A program made the translations under genes and the position numbers. The notes beneath the pieces are model-generated. The model was not told the DNA's origin, made no database searches, and saw only the letters and a list, made by a program, of their open reading frames with translations. From the IMG/VR virus record IMGVR_UViG_3300037882_001299, positions 1 to 51,305 of that record: 51,305 nucleotides of DNA, one strand, 5' to 3'. Shown here in pieces: positions 33,733 to 43,851 of this stretch. The stretch comes from a virus (taxonomy: Duplodnaviria > Caudoviricetes). Position 1 is the first letter of the stretch. Every line of letters begins with the position of its first letter.

Positions 33733-34218
33733 CTAATCGGGCATTTTTTGTAGCTTCTTTTGTAGCTTGCGAATCTCTACATCATATTCAAGCTGTGTCC
33801 ATTCCTTCATCATCTCCTTCTTCTGGTAACGGGTGTCTAACTTTTTTACCCACGCTTCTCCATATCTTTTCACTAGGTTGGCGCGGTATGTAATCAGTTT
33901 CCCTGGTGAGATTCTGGGATTATTACAAGAGGGACATTCCCCGTGTATATTCTTAGGGTCGAATAGGAGGGAGAATCCACAGTTTCCGGCTGGTGCATAG
34001 TGCCCACCTTGTGATTCGTGCCAATCGTTGAATTGTTTACCGCAACTAATGCAGGTCCCCCACCCAAGGAAGTCTCGGCGTCTGACATATTGTGATAGTA
34101 AGTTCCAGTAAATCCCCTTGAGTCCTTTGTACCTCCAGTAGGTCATCTTGATACCATATAAAGCCTCCAGCTCCTTGTCTTTAACAGTCTTCTTCTTGCT
34201 GAATCCAGAGCGCTTCAT
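33733..34218 (-). CDS. NinG/Rap-like recombination endonuclease
   Basis: YVRRRD...CISCG...GGHY...NIHGEC..CN. Confidence 0.85.
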   Translation of the reverse strand: MKRSGFSKKKTVKDKELEALYGIKMTYWRYKGLKGIYWNLLSQYVRRRDFLGWGTCISCGKQFNDWHESQGGHYAPAGNCGFSLLFDPKNIHGECPSCNNPRISPGKLITYRANLVKRYGEAWVKKLDTRYQKKEMMKEWTQLEYDVEIRKLQKKLQKMPD

Positions 34219-34355
34219 TACTTTAGAAACTTCTCACAGGCCAACCGGATAACTTCAGACACCTTCTCTCCCATGTGTTTAGCCTTAGTCTCCAGCTTGA
34301 CCTTCAGGTCTTTAGGTACGCGGGCAATAAGCACCGCATCTTTCTTGTCCTTCAT
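34218..34355 (-). CDS. Ribbon-helix-helix DNA-binding protein (45 aa)
   Basis: VLIARVPKDLK..L...A......SEVIR. Confidence 0.7.
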   Translation of the reverse strand: MKDKKDAVLIARVPKDLKVKLETKAKHMGEKVSEVIRLACEKFLK

Positions 34356-34356
34356 A

Positions 34357-34875
34357 CTAGATAACTCTAAAGAAGACAATCGGATAACCACCCTTCCCTC
34401 GGTACCTTGCAACCCATGTCTTCAGGGTGTAGTTAGATTCAAAAGTACCAGTGGCAGAAGAGTTAGACATAATAGTCTCTGACTCCCCCACGATACCAAC
34501 GTGTCCATTTGACAAACCTCCATTTCCGTAGCCTGTTGGACTGATGATGATGTCGCCGGGCAGGGCTTGGTCAACCTTTATAAACCTACTATCCTTAAGC
34601 ATCGCGTTGTACATCTGGTGAGTAGACAGACCCCCGCCAGCCTCTCTGCCAAATACAGACTTAAAGATAGCGTTAACAGTCTCTGCGCAACCTACCTCAT
34701 CTGGAGCCACATCGTTTGGTGAGGCGTCGATACCGATAGATGCTACAGCAGCGTCAAATAACTTGACACGATTAGATTTAATGGTGCTAAGTTGTGCCCT
34801 GTATTCCTCAATTTGAGCAAGTAGTTCCTTGATTTTGGCTTGGATTTCTGCTCGTGTTAATTTTCCTTTAATCAT
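34357..34875 (-). CDS. NlpC/P60-CHAP-type cell-wall hydrolase (endolysin)
   Basis: GCAETV catalytic Cys, PGDIII, GHVGIV. Confidence 0.75.
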   Translation of the reverse strand: MIKGKLTRAEIQAKIKELLAQIEEYRAQLSTIKSNRVKLFDAAVASIGIDASPNDVAPDEVGCAETVNAIFKSVFGREAGGGLSTHQMYNAMLKDSRFIKVDQALPGDIIISPTGYGNGGLSNGHVGIVGESETIMSNSSATGTFESNYTLKTWVARYRGKGGYPIVFFRVI

Positions 34876-34880
34876 AAAAC

Positions 34881-34909
34881 TTGCCTCAAATTGGCGCTTA
34901 TGTTATAAT
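34881..34909 (+). promoter_or_regulatory. Promoter of chaperonin operon
   Basis: TTGCCT-17-TATAAT with TG extension. Confidence 0.65.
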
Positions 34910-34958
34910 CCTCTAGTTAGTAATACATTATTATAACATATAAGAAACACAGAAGCAA

Positions 34959-36554
34959 ATGGAGAAGTTGATTAAACAGAGCACAGAAATTGCAGACAAG
35001 ATTATCCGCGCAGTGGATACTATTACAGACCCCATCAGGCAAACACTAAGTCCTCGTGGGGGTAATGTTATATTTGAATCAGACGGAGGAGAGATAACGG
35101 TAACTAACGATGGTGTGACTATTGCACGAGCCATCAATGTAGAGGACCCGTTCGAGAACGCCATCATTCAGATAATTAAAGAGGCGGCCTTGAAGACCAA
35201 CACTAAGGCAGGTGACGGAACAAGTACTACCATTTTGTTCAACAGTGTCCTTACAAAGGGTGGGCTCAAACTCACACGGGATGGTATGAATCAACGTGAA
35301 GTGGTTGGATGGTACCGGGAGTTTGCCGAAGAGCTCAAGAAGTCCCTAGGGAAAATGAAGCAGACAATCAAGAGTGACGCAGACCTGTTCAACGTCGCAT
35401 GTATCTCAGCGAACAATGACAAAGAGATTGCCGCTGATGTAGTTAAGATTGTACGTACAGCGGGAGAGTTTGGCTTTATATTTGTAGAGCCTAGCGCAAC
35501 AAGCAAGACAGAGATAGTTGAGGATTCAGGATTCATCGTACAAGGTGGGTTGTTTAAACCAGAACTAGGTAACAACATGGGTGTGTCGGCATTCCTTGAT
35601 GTACCTATTCTTGTTACAGACAAACGACTATACTACGCAGAAGAGGCAGAGACCATCCTCAACACCTGTTTAAAGAATGGGTACAAGGAGGTCGTAGTAG
35701 TGGCACAGGATTTCATTGGAGACGCCCTACCATTCTTCATAGCTAACCACAAGAAGGGTGCGGTGCGCGTAATCCTCGTGAAGGACCCACACATTGAGAA
35801 GTCACAGGGTGCAACAGTAGAGGACCTTGCCCACTACCTGGACGGAGAAGTGGTAGCAGAAAAGAACGGGACCATTGTAGACAAGCTTAGTATCTCTGAC
35901 TTCTACATGGCTAAGAAAGTGTACGCAGATGCACAACAGACGGTAATTGTCCGAGAAGATGAAACAAGTAAGAAGAGATTGAATGATAGAATTAAAGGAC
36001 TCAAGGCTGAGTTTGAAAAGTTCGGTGACGAAGGCTCAGAGGCTAAGAACTTTATTCAAAAGCGTTTGGCGTCGCTTACTAACGGAATTGTTACTCTTCG
36101 CATTGGAGCTCGCACTCCTATTGAACTCAAGGAAAAGCATTTTCGATATGAGGATTCCATTAGTGCGGCACGAGCAGCCGTTAAAGACGGATACCTTGTC
36201 GGGGGAGGACTCTCAATCCTCCGCGCGTACCAAGACACAGCAACCAAATGGAAAGACACGCCAGAAGTAAACAAAGTCTTCCGTGAATTAGCAGAGGCCA
36301 GTGTGCGCCAGATTGCAGAGAACTCGGGACTACACGGTAACACTGTGTTGCTGGAGATTCTCAAGAACAAGAATAAGAACTATGGGTTTAACGCACTCAC
36401 ACAAGAGTATGGAGACCTATTGAAAGACGGGGTGATAGACCCATATACAGTGACGGAAATGGCGATTGATAACTCAGTCTCTATTGCTAGCGCGATTCTA
36501 TCGTCAAATTACTACATCGTTAATAAACCAAAAGATGACAAAAGCAGTACCTAA
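34959..36554 (+). CDS. groEL: Chaperonin GroEL
   Basis: TNDGVTIA, AGDGTST, ISAN.D, GGG, GVIDP motifs; no GGM tail. Confidence 0.92.
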   Translation: MEKLIKQSTEIADKIIRAVDTITDPIRQTLSPRGGNVIFESDGGEITVTNDGVTIARAINVEDPFENAIIQIIKEAALKTNTKAGDGTSTTILFNSVLTKGGLKLTRDGMNQREVVGWYREFAEELKKSLGKMKQTIKSDADLFNVACISANNDKEIAADVVKIVRTAGEFGFIFVEPSATSKTEIVEDSGFIVQGGLFKPELGNNMGVSAFLDVPILVTDKRLYYAEEAETILNTCLKNGYKEVVVVAQDFIGDALPFFIANHKKGAVRVILVKDPHIEKSQGATVEDLAHYLDGEVVAEKNGTIVDKLSISDFYMAKKVYADAQQTVIVREDETSKKRLNDRIKGLKAEFEKFGDEGSEAKNFIQKRLASLTNGIVTLRIGARTPIELKEKHFRYEDSISAARAAVKDGYLVGGGLSILRAYQDTATKWKDTPEVNKVFRELAEASVRQIAENSGLHGNTVLLEILKNKNKNYGFNALTQEYGDLLKDGVIDPYTVTEMAIDNSVSIASAILSSNYYIVNKPKDDKSST

Positions 36555-36813
36555 GAAAGTGAGTAACCGAACAGAAGAGCAAATCGTGTCAGACCTAAAG
36601 TTAAAGGACCTACAGAAGCGCCAGCAAGGATTCATTGAGGGAGTTAACCAACTTCAAGAAACCTTTCAAGTGCGTATCGGAGTAGAGCTTAACAACACAC
36701 CGCAAGGTAACTTCCCGCAACTCAAGCTTGTTGATATTAAAGGGCAAGGTAAGCCAGCAGAAATTGAAGAAGTAGAGGTAACAGACGTAGACGATGAAGA
36801 CACCGAAGCTTAA
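36535..36813 (+). CDS. Hypothetical protein between groEL and groES
   Basis: 92 aa from ATG 36535; acidic tail. Confidence 0.55.
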   Translation: MTKAVPKKVSNRTEEQIVSDLKLKDLQKRQQGFIEGVNQLQETFQVRIGVELNNTPQGNFPQLKLVDIKGQGKPAEIEEVEVTDVDDEDTEA

Positions 36814-37123
36814 TATCCTTGACTTCGCACTTCTCGCTGATTGTGTGATGATTGAACCGTGCGCAGCTACAACTGTGGACGGACTGGTTAAGCCAGAGTC
36901 GTATGACGACAAACCAGAGTTCGGCCTAGTTATAAAGGTTGGCGATGGTAAGATGTTAGACGACGGTACAGTGGTCCCTCTCAAGATGCAACCCGGGGAC
37001 TACGTATACTTCGGTAAGTATAGTTCAATCAAGATTCGCTCAGATGGTAAGGACTTCCTTATCATTAGAGATTACGATGTCATGGCCCTACAAAGAAATG
37101 AACAAACTAGAAAGAAGGTTTAA
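36794..37123 (+). CDS. groES: Co-chaperonin GroES
   Basis: KPEFGLVIKVGDG...PGDYVYFGKYS...DGKDFLII..YDVMA. Confidence 0.92.
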   Translation: MKTPKLNILDFALLADCVMIEPCAATTVDGLVKPESYDDKPEFGLVIKVGDGKMLDDGTVVPLKMQPGDYVYFGKYSSIKIRSDGKDFLIIRDYDVMALQRNEQTRKKV

Positions 37124-37334
37124 GATTGAGTGTGCTAAGAACCCCTACTTTTCGACCCTGATTAATCTTGGTCACGTTGTTGAGTACCAGAGTTACAGTC
37201 GGCATGTCATTGCTAAAGGAATTAATTCGCTTGTCGATGAAGACGATTACTCGTCCTCTGACTTGGAGGCTATCATTGAACACCTCTTAAGTCTTTCCCA
37301 CTCAAAAAGACCCCCAAAAGACGGCTCTAAATAA
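37098..37334 (+). CDS. Hypothetical protein
   Basis: 78 aa from ATG 37098. Confidence 0.5.
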   Translation: MNKLERRFKIECAKNPYFSTLINLGHVVEYQSYSRHVIAKGINSLVDEDDYSSSDLEAIIEHLLSLSHSKRPPKDGSK

Positions 37335-37376
37335 GGGCCACCAAAAAGAGAAATGCCCCAGGTTGGGCGTAAAAAC

Positions 37377-37410
37377 AAAAGAGCTACCTTGATAAGGGGT
37401 AGCTCTTTTT
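37377..37410. terminator. Bidirectional terminator between convergent arms
   Basis: AAAAGAGCTACC-9nt-GGTAGCTCTTTT. Confidence 0.8.
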
Positions 37411-37415
37411 CGGGC

Positions 37416-40400
37416 CTAAAATGAGGTTTCTTTGGCTGCCTTCTCGGCCTCAGTCTTAGGGATAAATGTGCGTGTGAACTTGGCGGTGATACCGGCTTCT
37501 GTGAGTAGGTCCTCCAGTTGCTTGCGTAGGATGTTCTCCTTCTTGGCTTGCTCCAGCTCTAGGTCGAATGAGTATGCCTTAACCCCGATAAGGTTGGCAA
37601 TAGTCTTCTCCTGAACAGACAACTCTTGGTTCTCTAGTCCAGCTAGGGTAGACCATACGCGAGGGGTAGGCGGAAGGTTTAAGATTAGGTGCATCATCTC
37701 TGGTCTCATGGCTACGTTCAGTTTTGAACCGTCAGCCTTGGTTACTGTAGTAAAGCCAATCATGTCCTTTAATACTTTAGGCGCATGTACAAAAGCGGAA
37801 GCGTTAGTTACCTCTGACAGAGGCTTACCAGCGAAGAAGTTATACCCAGCACCTAGCTCAACAGGAATGCGCACGACAGGTGACACAGAGCCAAGCATGT
37901 TGTTTGCCTGAATCTGTTGGAACGGAGCTTCGAGAGGTGTACCCAGGTTACGTAGGATATTTACTTGGTTGCCGTTCTTTTTAGTGAGGACAGTCATACC
38001 AGACTTAGCCCAGTCGGGTAGTTTATCTCGTTCTGCATCTGTTAGTTGCTCACCTCCAGAGATTACCTCTCCTAGGGTTTCGAATCCATGAACCTCTGCC
38101 GCGATACGACCAGGGGTATTTATAATGGCACGAGCCTGGAGCTCTAAGTTCTTTCGTGTGAAAGTATAGAACGGTAGGATGCGCTTCATTACGTTACGCT
38201 CAAAGTTTGTGAGGTTACTGTAGTCAAAGAGGAACTGCTTAGTTTGTCTTGATGCCATTGTCACATCACCTGAGGCTTTAAGGTTAGTGATGAAGTTGAC
38301 AAGTCGTGATTGTTCTTCTATAGTACGACCAACTACATCTTGCCCGATGCGACCCGGTGTTGCTGCAATACGACCAGCCTTAGCAAGCTTAGTCTTAGCA
38401 GGCATGAGTGCTGCCATCAAACCTTCTGGACCACCCGCTGCGTCTGATTGAGACACGATACGTGAGGTGAACGCTATGTTATTATTCTTAGCAACCTGAA
38501 TCATTTCACCGTATGACCATGTGTGCCCGGTCACATCAGTAAAGAAGTTCTTTGTCAAGAGTTCTGCAATCTTTTCTTGCGCTTGTGTAGAACCACCAAC
38601 TACCTCTCGTTGTAGTTTCGCAATGCTTCGTTGTGCCACGATTAGTTGAGACGACATTACGTGGGTGCGTGGGTCTAGGGCAGATAGACCTATGTCAAGA
38701 TAGTTCTGTAGAACGTTAGATATAGCATTACGCCCATGGAAAGCAGGCCAGACAGCAGTAACTGAAGCCTTCCAGAAGTTTTGTAGAGTGTCGTATGACT
38801 TAAGGAAGCCCATCGTTGCGTCGTCAGTCTTAACTGATTTGGCAAAGTCTTCTAGGAATGACGCGATAGCAGGGTGGAACTTCATATCTCCTGAAGCTGA
38901 GGCTACACGTAACATTGATTCCCCACTCAAGCGAACAAAGGATTCGTTTGCGTACTCTGCATCAACGCCAAAGGTTCTAGCGAAGTCTTTAACCATGTCC
39001 TGCATTGTAATAGTCTTCACGTTCTGTAGGGACCGCGCAGCTAAAGCGGTGACTAGGTTGTCATCAAAGATTTCAAAACCCTCGGTCTTAATAGCTTGTA
39101 ACATTTCCTCTGCTTTCTTTGGGTCTTTGAGGTAGGTCTCTTCGATTACCTGTAGGTGTTCAGCGTCTTTAATATTAAAGAATGGAGCAGCTTCTTTGGT
39201 AAAGATATCACCAGCAGCGTTCTTATAGATAGCAGGTGCGTTAGGTAGACCAGCCAAACCAGTCTTTGCACCAAGCACAGAAATATCCAACTCACTAAGT
39301 AGGTCAGTGATTTGTTGCTTTCGTCCGATGATGGATTCTATTGCCTTCCGTGCTCCCTGTGGGTTCTCTAGGAATGCAGCCTTGATACCTTCTACGAACT
39401 GTGCCATTGACTCTTGGTCTACACCCTTAGCTACCTTAGCCGCACGTCCGGACTCGTCAGCAAGCTTGACCTTCTTCATCATGTCCTTAATCTCACCAGC
39501 AGTATTCACCTCAGCCCCAGCCTTTGCAGTCTTCTTTGGTGCCTTCTTTATCGCAGCAGCTAGAGCGTCGTTCAGGTGGGCAAGGTCCTCAGGCAGTGCC
39601 TTCTTTGCTTTTGCAACTTGCTTAACAAGAACTTCCAAAGCCTCTGGTGATAAGTCATTAACTGCTTGTTGTATAGATTTCTTTACGCCAGCTTCGTAGT
39701 TCTTTACTCCGTATGATTTAACAAGCTTACCTACATTTAGTTCGCCAGCTTCGTTTACAATTGACTGAACAAAAGTCTTTAGATTTTTCTTATCAATATT
39801 TTTAGACTTGCGTAGGATTTCCTTAGTCGCGTCTGAAACTTTCCCAGAGAACACATCTTGAATAACCCCAGCAAGGGTTTCAATCTCCTTCTCTAGTACC
39901 TCCACCTTAGAGCCAGTCTTCTCCGTGGTCTCAGTAATCTTGCGAACGATATTTGCCTGCTCCTCTTCTGTGAGTACACGCTTAAGCCCGAGCATATCCT
40001 TATGACCAGTGATAGCTTCACCTGTCTGAGAGTTTACGAACTTAGCCATGCTTCGTTCCTTTACAGCACCTGCATTTAGAGACTTTGATGTTCCTATAGC
40101 CACAGACTTAACGCCAGGGTCAACGAGTATTTGCGGTACGTGCCTCTCAATCTTTGAAACAGCACTCATGTTTCCGCTCTTAACTAGGTCGTCGAACTCC
40201 TCATCACTGAAGTCGAGTAGAGCTTTAAGTGCACCAGCTAGTTTTGCATCAGCAGGAATAGAGCCAGCCTGTAGGTTGGCCATGACAATCTTTGTTCCAG
40301 TAGGGTCTAGTCCAAACTCCTTTACTACATCATCCAGTGCACGCATCTTCCTGTCTGTTCGTGCCAGAGTAAGGTCCTTCCACTTCTGTTCCATCTCTAC

Positions 40401-41330
40401 GATTCCTTGTGGTGTACGAACCCACTTACCCTCAGCGGTTTTCCTGTAGGCAGGGTCAAAGAGTGCAGCAAGAGCCTTTCGTGGCTGTTCAGTAATCACA
40501 TCAAGAGAGTTCATCCCGGGAATCATCTCAAAAGTAGACTTCATTCTTTGAGCAGAGAGGATAGTCTGTCCGAAATATTTGATACCTCCCTTATCCATGT
40601 AGTCTTTCACCAGGGCAGGGTTACGTTCAAACACCCGTGTCATTACATCACGAGCGAAGTCTTGGTCTAGGGGGGCGTCTACTGTTTTTTTAAGGGTGGT
40701 CTTAAGTTCCTCCTCGGCCAGGTCAAAGAATGCATTGCCTGCTTTTATATTGGTATAGGCTGCTGTCCCATCCATTTGACGGCCCAGGTTAGACACGTAC
40801 TGTAAAGCTTTACGCCCTTCTGGGTTTAAGGCGATTGTTTCGAAAGCCTCTTTACCTAGGTGAGCCGCTGCGATGTCGTTGAGGACAACAGTTGATTTGG
40901 CACCAGTCTTCAGGATAGCGCCTGTTCCAAATGTAAGGTACGTTGTTGGGTCAAGTAGAACGTCAGTTGCAAGTCGTACAGTAAAGCTACCTATCTTCTG
41001 GTAGATAGATGCTTTAGGGTCAGCTTTTCCATACAATACATCAGAGGTCGAGATGTTCTTTTGAACTGCCTCCTTCATTGTATACTTCGATGAGATAGCA
41101 CCGGCAACTAATTGATTCGGTACAGAGATGATGTCAATGAAGTCTGAGAAGGCGTTCTTGAAACCCTTAGATACACTTGACAAAATGCCAGTCTTAGGGT
41201 GTGCTAGTTCTGTTGCGACTTGAGAAACAGCCCCGCCCTGTGCTTGGGCTAGGGCTAGTAATCCATCTGACGAACTTAGGTCTTGTGCAGGTTCGCCAAA
41301 TCCTTTGAAGCTTCCGAATCCACTTTCCAT
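37416..41330 (-). CDS. Large internal virion/DNA ejection protein
   Basis: 1304 aa helical protein at the end of the structural operon; DPTTYLTFG and LPFYTF..KN motifs typical of podovirus ejectosome proteins. Confidence 0.6.
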   Translation of the reverse strand: MESGFGSFKGFGEPAQDLSSSDGLLALAQAQGGAVSQVATELAHPKTGILSSVSKGFKNAFSDFIDIISVPNQLVAGAISSKYTMKEAVQKNISTSDVLYGKADPKASIYQKIGSFTVRLATDVLLDPTTYLTFGTGAILKTGAKSTVVLNDIAAAHLGKEAFETIALNPEGRKALQYVSNLGRQMDGTAAYTNIKAGNAFFDLAEEELKTTLKKTVDAPLDQDFARDVMTRVFERNPALVKDYMDKGGIKYFGQTILSAQRMKSTFEMIPGMNSLDVITEQPRKALAALFDPAYRKTAEGKWVRTPQGIVEMEQKWKDLTLARTDRKMRALDDVVKEFGLDPTGTKIVMANLQAGSIPADAKLAGALKALLDFSDEEFDDLVKSGNMSAVSKIERHVPQILVDPGVKSVAIGTSKSLNAGAVKERSMAKFVNSQTGEAITGHKDMLGLKRVLTEEEQANIVRKITETTEKTGSKVEVLEKEIETLAGVIQDVFSGKVSDATKEILRKSKNIDKKNLKTFVQSIVNEAGELNVGKLVKSYGVKNYEAGVKKSIQQAVNDLSPEALEVLVKQVAKAKKALPEDLAHLNDALAAAIKKAPKKTAKAGAEVNTAGEIKDMMKKVKLADESGRAAKVAKGVDQESMAQFVEGIKAAFLENPQGARKAIESIIGRKQQITDLLSELDISVLGAKTGLAGLPNAPAIYKNAAGDIFTKEAAPFFNIKDAEHLQVIEETYLKDPKKAEEMLQAIKTEGFEIFDDNLVTALAARSLQNVKTITMQDMVKDFARTFGVDAEYANESFVRLSGESMLRVASASGDMKFHPAIASFLEDFAKSVKTDDATMGFLKSYDTLQNFWKASVTAVWPAFHGRNAISNVLQNYLDIGLSALDPRTHVMSSQLIVAQRSIAKLQREVVGGSTQAQEKIAELLTKNFFTDVTGHTWSYGEMIQVAKNNNIAFTSRIVSQSDAAGGPEGLMAALMPAKTKLAKAGRIAATPGRIGQDVVGRTIEEQSRLVNFITNLKASGDVTMASRQTKQFLFDYSNLTNFERNVMKRILPFYTFTRKNLELQARAIINTPGRIAAEVHGFETLGEVISGGEQLTDAERDKLPDWAKSGMTVLTKKNGNQVNILRNLGTPLEAPFQQIQANNMLGSVSPVVRIPVELGAGYNFFAGKPLSEVTNASAFVHAPKVLKDMIGFTTVTKADGSKLNVAMRPEMMHLILNLPPTPRVWSTLAGLENQELSVQEKTIANLIGVKAYSFDLELEQAKKENILRKQLEDLLTEAGITAKFTRTFIPKTEAEKAAKETSF

Positions 41331-41342
41331 TACTTTTTATTG

Positions 41343-42557
41343 CTAGTTTCTAAAGAAGTCAATTGCAGCCATCCATCCAGCAGTAGACGCGTCTCGCAGA
41401 CCACCTCCAACGTCCCGGATGCCAAACCTATCTGTTGCGGCTTTTGGCTCCTCTTGCCCGTACACACCATCAAGCGCATTGGTTGCAGCTTGCTTATCAG
41501 CAACAGAACTAGCGGAGCTCCAGATTTGAGTCTTGGCATCATCTTTGGATACCCCTGTGTTCTTGTAGTAGGTGGCTGTTTGCTCACCACTCTTAGTAGA
41601 CATTGTGTTAATTACGTATGTCTGCTGGTCCTTAGATAGACCCTGGAGTAGTGGCCCCATTGTTGCTGGGTTAGCAAGTGCTGCATTTACAATAGCATTT
41701 AGGTCGGCATTAGCTAGGTCAGGCTCTGTTTTCTTTTCGTTTGACTTTCGAATCTCATTTCGTATTCTGTCTATGTCTGCATTGTTACGATTGATTTCAG
41801 ATTGAGCTTGCTTAATCTTTAGAGCAGCCGGTGAGTCAGGTCCCATCTCCTTAGAAGCACGGGAGTACAGAGTTGTCAAGGTCTCTCCGGGGTTAGCTTG
41901 TAGACCGTACTCAAGAGCAATAGAAGTCATTGCTGTTGTTTCGTCGTACTTCATCTTCTGGTCAAACTGAGACTTAGACTGAGCTAGGGCAGCAGCAGAC
42001 TGTTCCTTTTGCTGACCGTAGTTGGCCATACCAAGTAGGTTAGAGAACACTTGCTGTTCCGCTTGTTGCTTGAACTTCAGGCGGTCAATGATAAGACCAG
42101 AGATTTGAGTGGCAGCATTAGAGTCACCTTGTAGGATGAGTTCTTCCTTACGTTGCATTAGGTCATTGAGGTTCTTGTCGGTTGTTTGTACAACATTACG
42201 TAGACCGGCCATCTGTGTAGCAAAACCAGAGCGTCCCTCAGAGAAACCAGTGACAGAGTTTTCCCCTGCTTGTTCTATACCAGACCGCTCTCTATTGTAT
42301 ACAGACTCGATACGTGCCTTAGACGCGTCATTTCCTTCACGAATACCCTTAGCTGCGTCCGTGTAGCTTTGCTCTAGTTGAGTATCAAATGATGATACAA
42401 CTTGTGATTGTCCAAGAAGCCGTTTCTCAACAGCTTTTGTGAATGACTCGTTGTCTGAGCCGTTAGTTGTATTAGATGCTTGCATCGCCTTAACGCGAGC
42501 CACCGTTTCTGATGCGGTCTCCATCCCTGCGGATGTTGGTATTTTCCTTTCTGCCAT
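41343..42557 (-). CDS. Putative internal virion/ejection protein
   Basis: 404 aa, Q/A/S-rich helical; precedes the large ejection protein. Confidence 0.55.
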   Translation of the reverse strand: MAERKIPTSAGMETASETVARVKAMQASNTTNGSDNESFTKAVEKRLLGQSQVVSSFDTQLEQSYTDAAKGIREGNDASKARIESVYNRERSGIEQAGENSVTGFSEGRSGFATQMAGLRNVVQTTDKNLNDLMQRKEELILQGDSNAATQISGLIIDRLKFKQQAEQQVFSNLLGMANYGQQKEQSAAALAQSKSQFDQKMKYDETTAMTSIALEYGLQANPGETLTTLYSRASKEMGPDSPAALKIKQAQSEINRNNADIDRIRNEIRKSNEKKTEPDLANADLNAIVNAALANPATMGPLLQGLSKDQQTYVINTMSTKSGEQTATYYKNTGVSKDDAKTQIWSSASSVADKQAATNALDGVYGQEEPKAATDRFGIRDVGGGLRDASTAGWMAAIDFFRN

Positions 42558-42595
42558 GAGTTTATATTATAACACGATTTTGTATCACAAACAAG

Positions 42596-43819
42596 TTATG
42601 TGAACCGAACCCTACGTCTATTGCGATTAAAATTAAGTCCACTTACTTTGAAGCTATTTGATTCAGGTGTCTTTGATTTAGGGAACAAGGACTCCAGTCT
42701 CTTAACAGCCGCGATAGCCTCTCTCTCCTCGATAAGCGCCTCATCCCGTAAGCGCACAGAGAAGAACAGGATAGCAGCAGCCTTATGTGCCACAGCGTAC
42801 TTGTACTGGTCATATTGTCCAGAGTAGAACGGTATATCCGTTGCTGCTGTGTAGGCTGTGAGGTCTGCGCCAACGCTAGTGGTACCAAGGTCCCAACTAA
42901 GGTAGTGGTACTTTAGCTTCTCAGGGTTGGCAATACGGAGATTATCGTAACGGAATGCAGTGTCGTCTACCTGCCCAGCAGAGTAGTTGAGTTGAATTGC
43001 GACGTACTCAATCGCTGTGATGTCAGGTGTGCCCGTTTCTGATGCGTTAACCCAATCAAACTTAAGTGTATTCCACCCGTCAGCGAGAGTTGAGCCGTCG
43101 ATATCTGTAGTAATTGTGGCTGACCAGTAGTTTGTTGAGTCTGAGCCCCAATATAATGTATATGAAGTCACAGTTAGGGCATCAGGGATATACGCTTCCA
43201 AAAGCCAAGAACCTATGTCCTCGTTTATTGTTAGGTCTTGTGTTCCCACCGCACTGTTGAGTATCGTGGCGCGGTTGTTTCCAGACTGAGATACATCCAC
43301 ATCAAAACGAATAGACGCGTTCCCCTCCAGGAACTCATTTGAGTCTATTGAGATATTTGTGGCGTCAGAGGTTGTGCTGTCAACTTCCCACGTACCAAGA
43401 ACGTCAAAGTTCTCCACGACATTAGCACGCTTATTTGTGCTCAGTGTAATGGCTAGAAAAGAATCACCATCCCTACGCTCCACCGCCCAAGAGAACTCCC
43501 TAGAACCTTTACCAATAGCCTCGGCCATCTCTTTAGATGACTTGTGGTTAGCGGTGATAGTCTGTGCGTCTACAGCACGACGTAAATCAGCAGACGCAAG
43601 AAGGTCAGAAACAGATGAAGATATTCTGTAGTAGTTAATTGTGTCAAAAAAGTTGACATCATAGGTTTTTATGTTATGGTCGTTTCCGAGTTCCTCCAAA
43701 AGCCAGACCGTAGCTTCAGTCAGGGCTTGGTATCGTTCCGCGTTAGAGATTCTATCTTCAGTTGCGTCACCGAAATACGTGTTGAGGTTCGATGTTAGGT
43801 TTGCGAGAGTTACTGCCAT
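42596..43819 (-). CDS. Head-tail adaptor-like protein with inserted beta-sandwich
   Basis: Helical N- and C-termini flank a beta-rich insert; leaderless promoter TAGACA-17-TATAAT. Confidence 0.5.
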   Translation of the reverse strand: MAVTLANLTSNLNTYFGDATEDRISNAERYQALTEATVWLLEELGNDHNIKTYDVNFFDTINYYRISSSVSDLLASADLRRAVDAQTITANHKSSKEMAEAIGKGSREFSWAVERRDGDSFLAITLSTNKRANVVENFDVLGTWEVDSTTSDATNISIDSNEFLEGNASIRFDVDVSQSGNNRATILNSAVGTQDLTINEDIGSWLLEAYIPDALTVTSYTLYWGSDSTNYWSATITTDIDGSTLADGWNTLKFDWVNASETGTPDITAIEYVAIQLNYSAGQVDDTAFRYDNLRIANPEKLKYHYLSWDLGTTSVGADLTAYTAATDIPFYSGQYDQYKYAVAHKAAAILFFSVRLRDEALIEEREAIAAVKRLESLFPKSKTPESNSFKVSGLNFNRNRRRVRFT

Positions 43820-43851
43820 GTGATTATTATACCATATTACTACTAAATTGT

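Noticed and set aside
37416-41330. Tape measure protein or virion RNA polymerase
   Set aside because: No tail tube or tail chaperone genes and no polymerase motifs recognised; position and motifs fit a podovirus ejection protein
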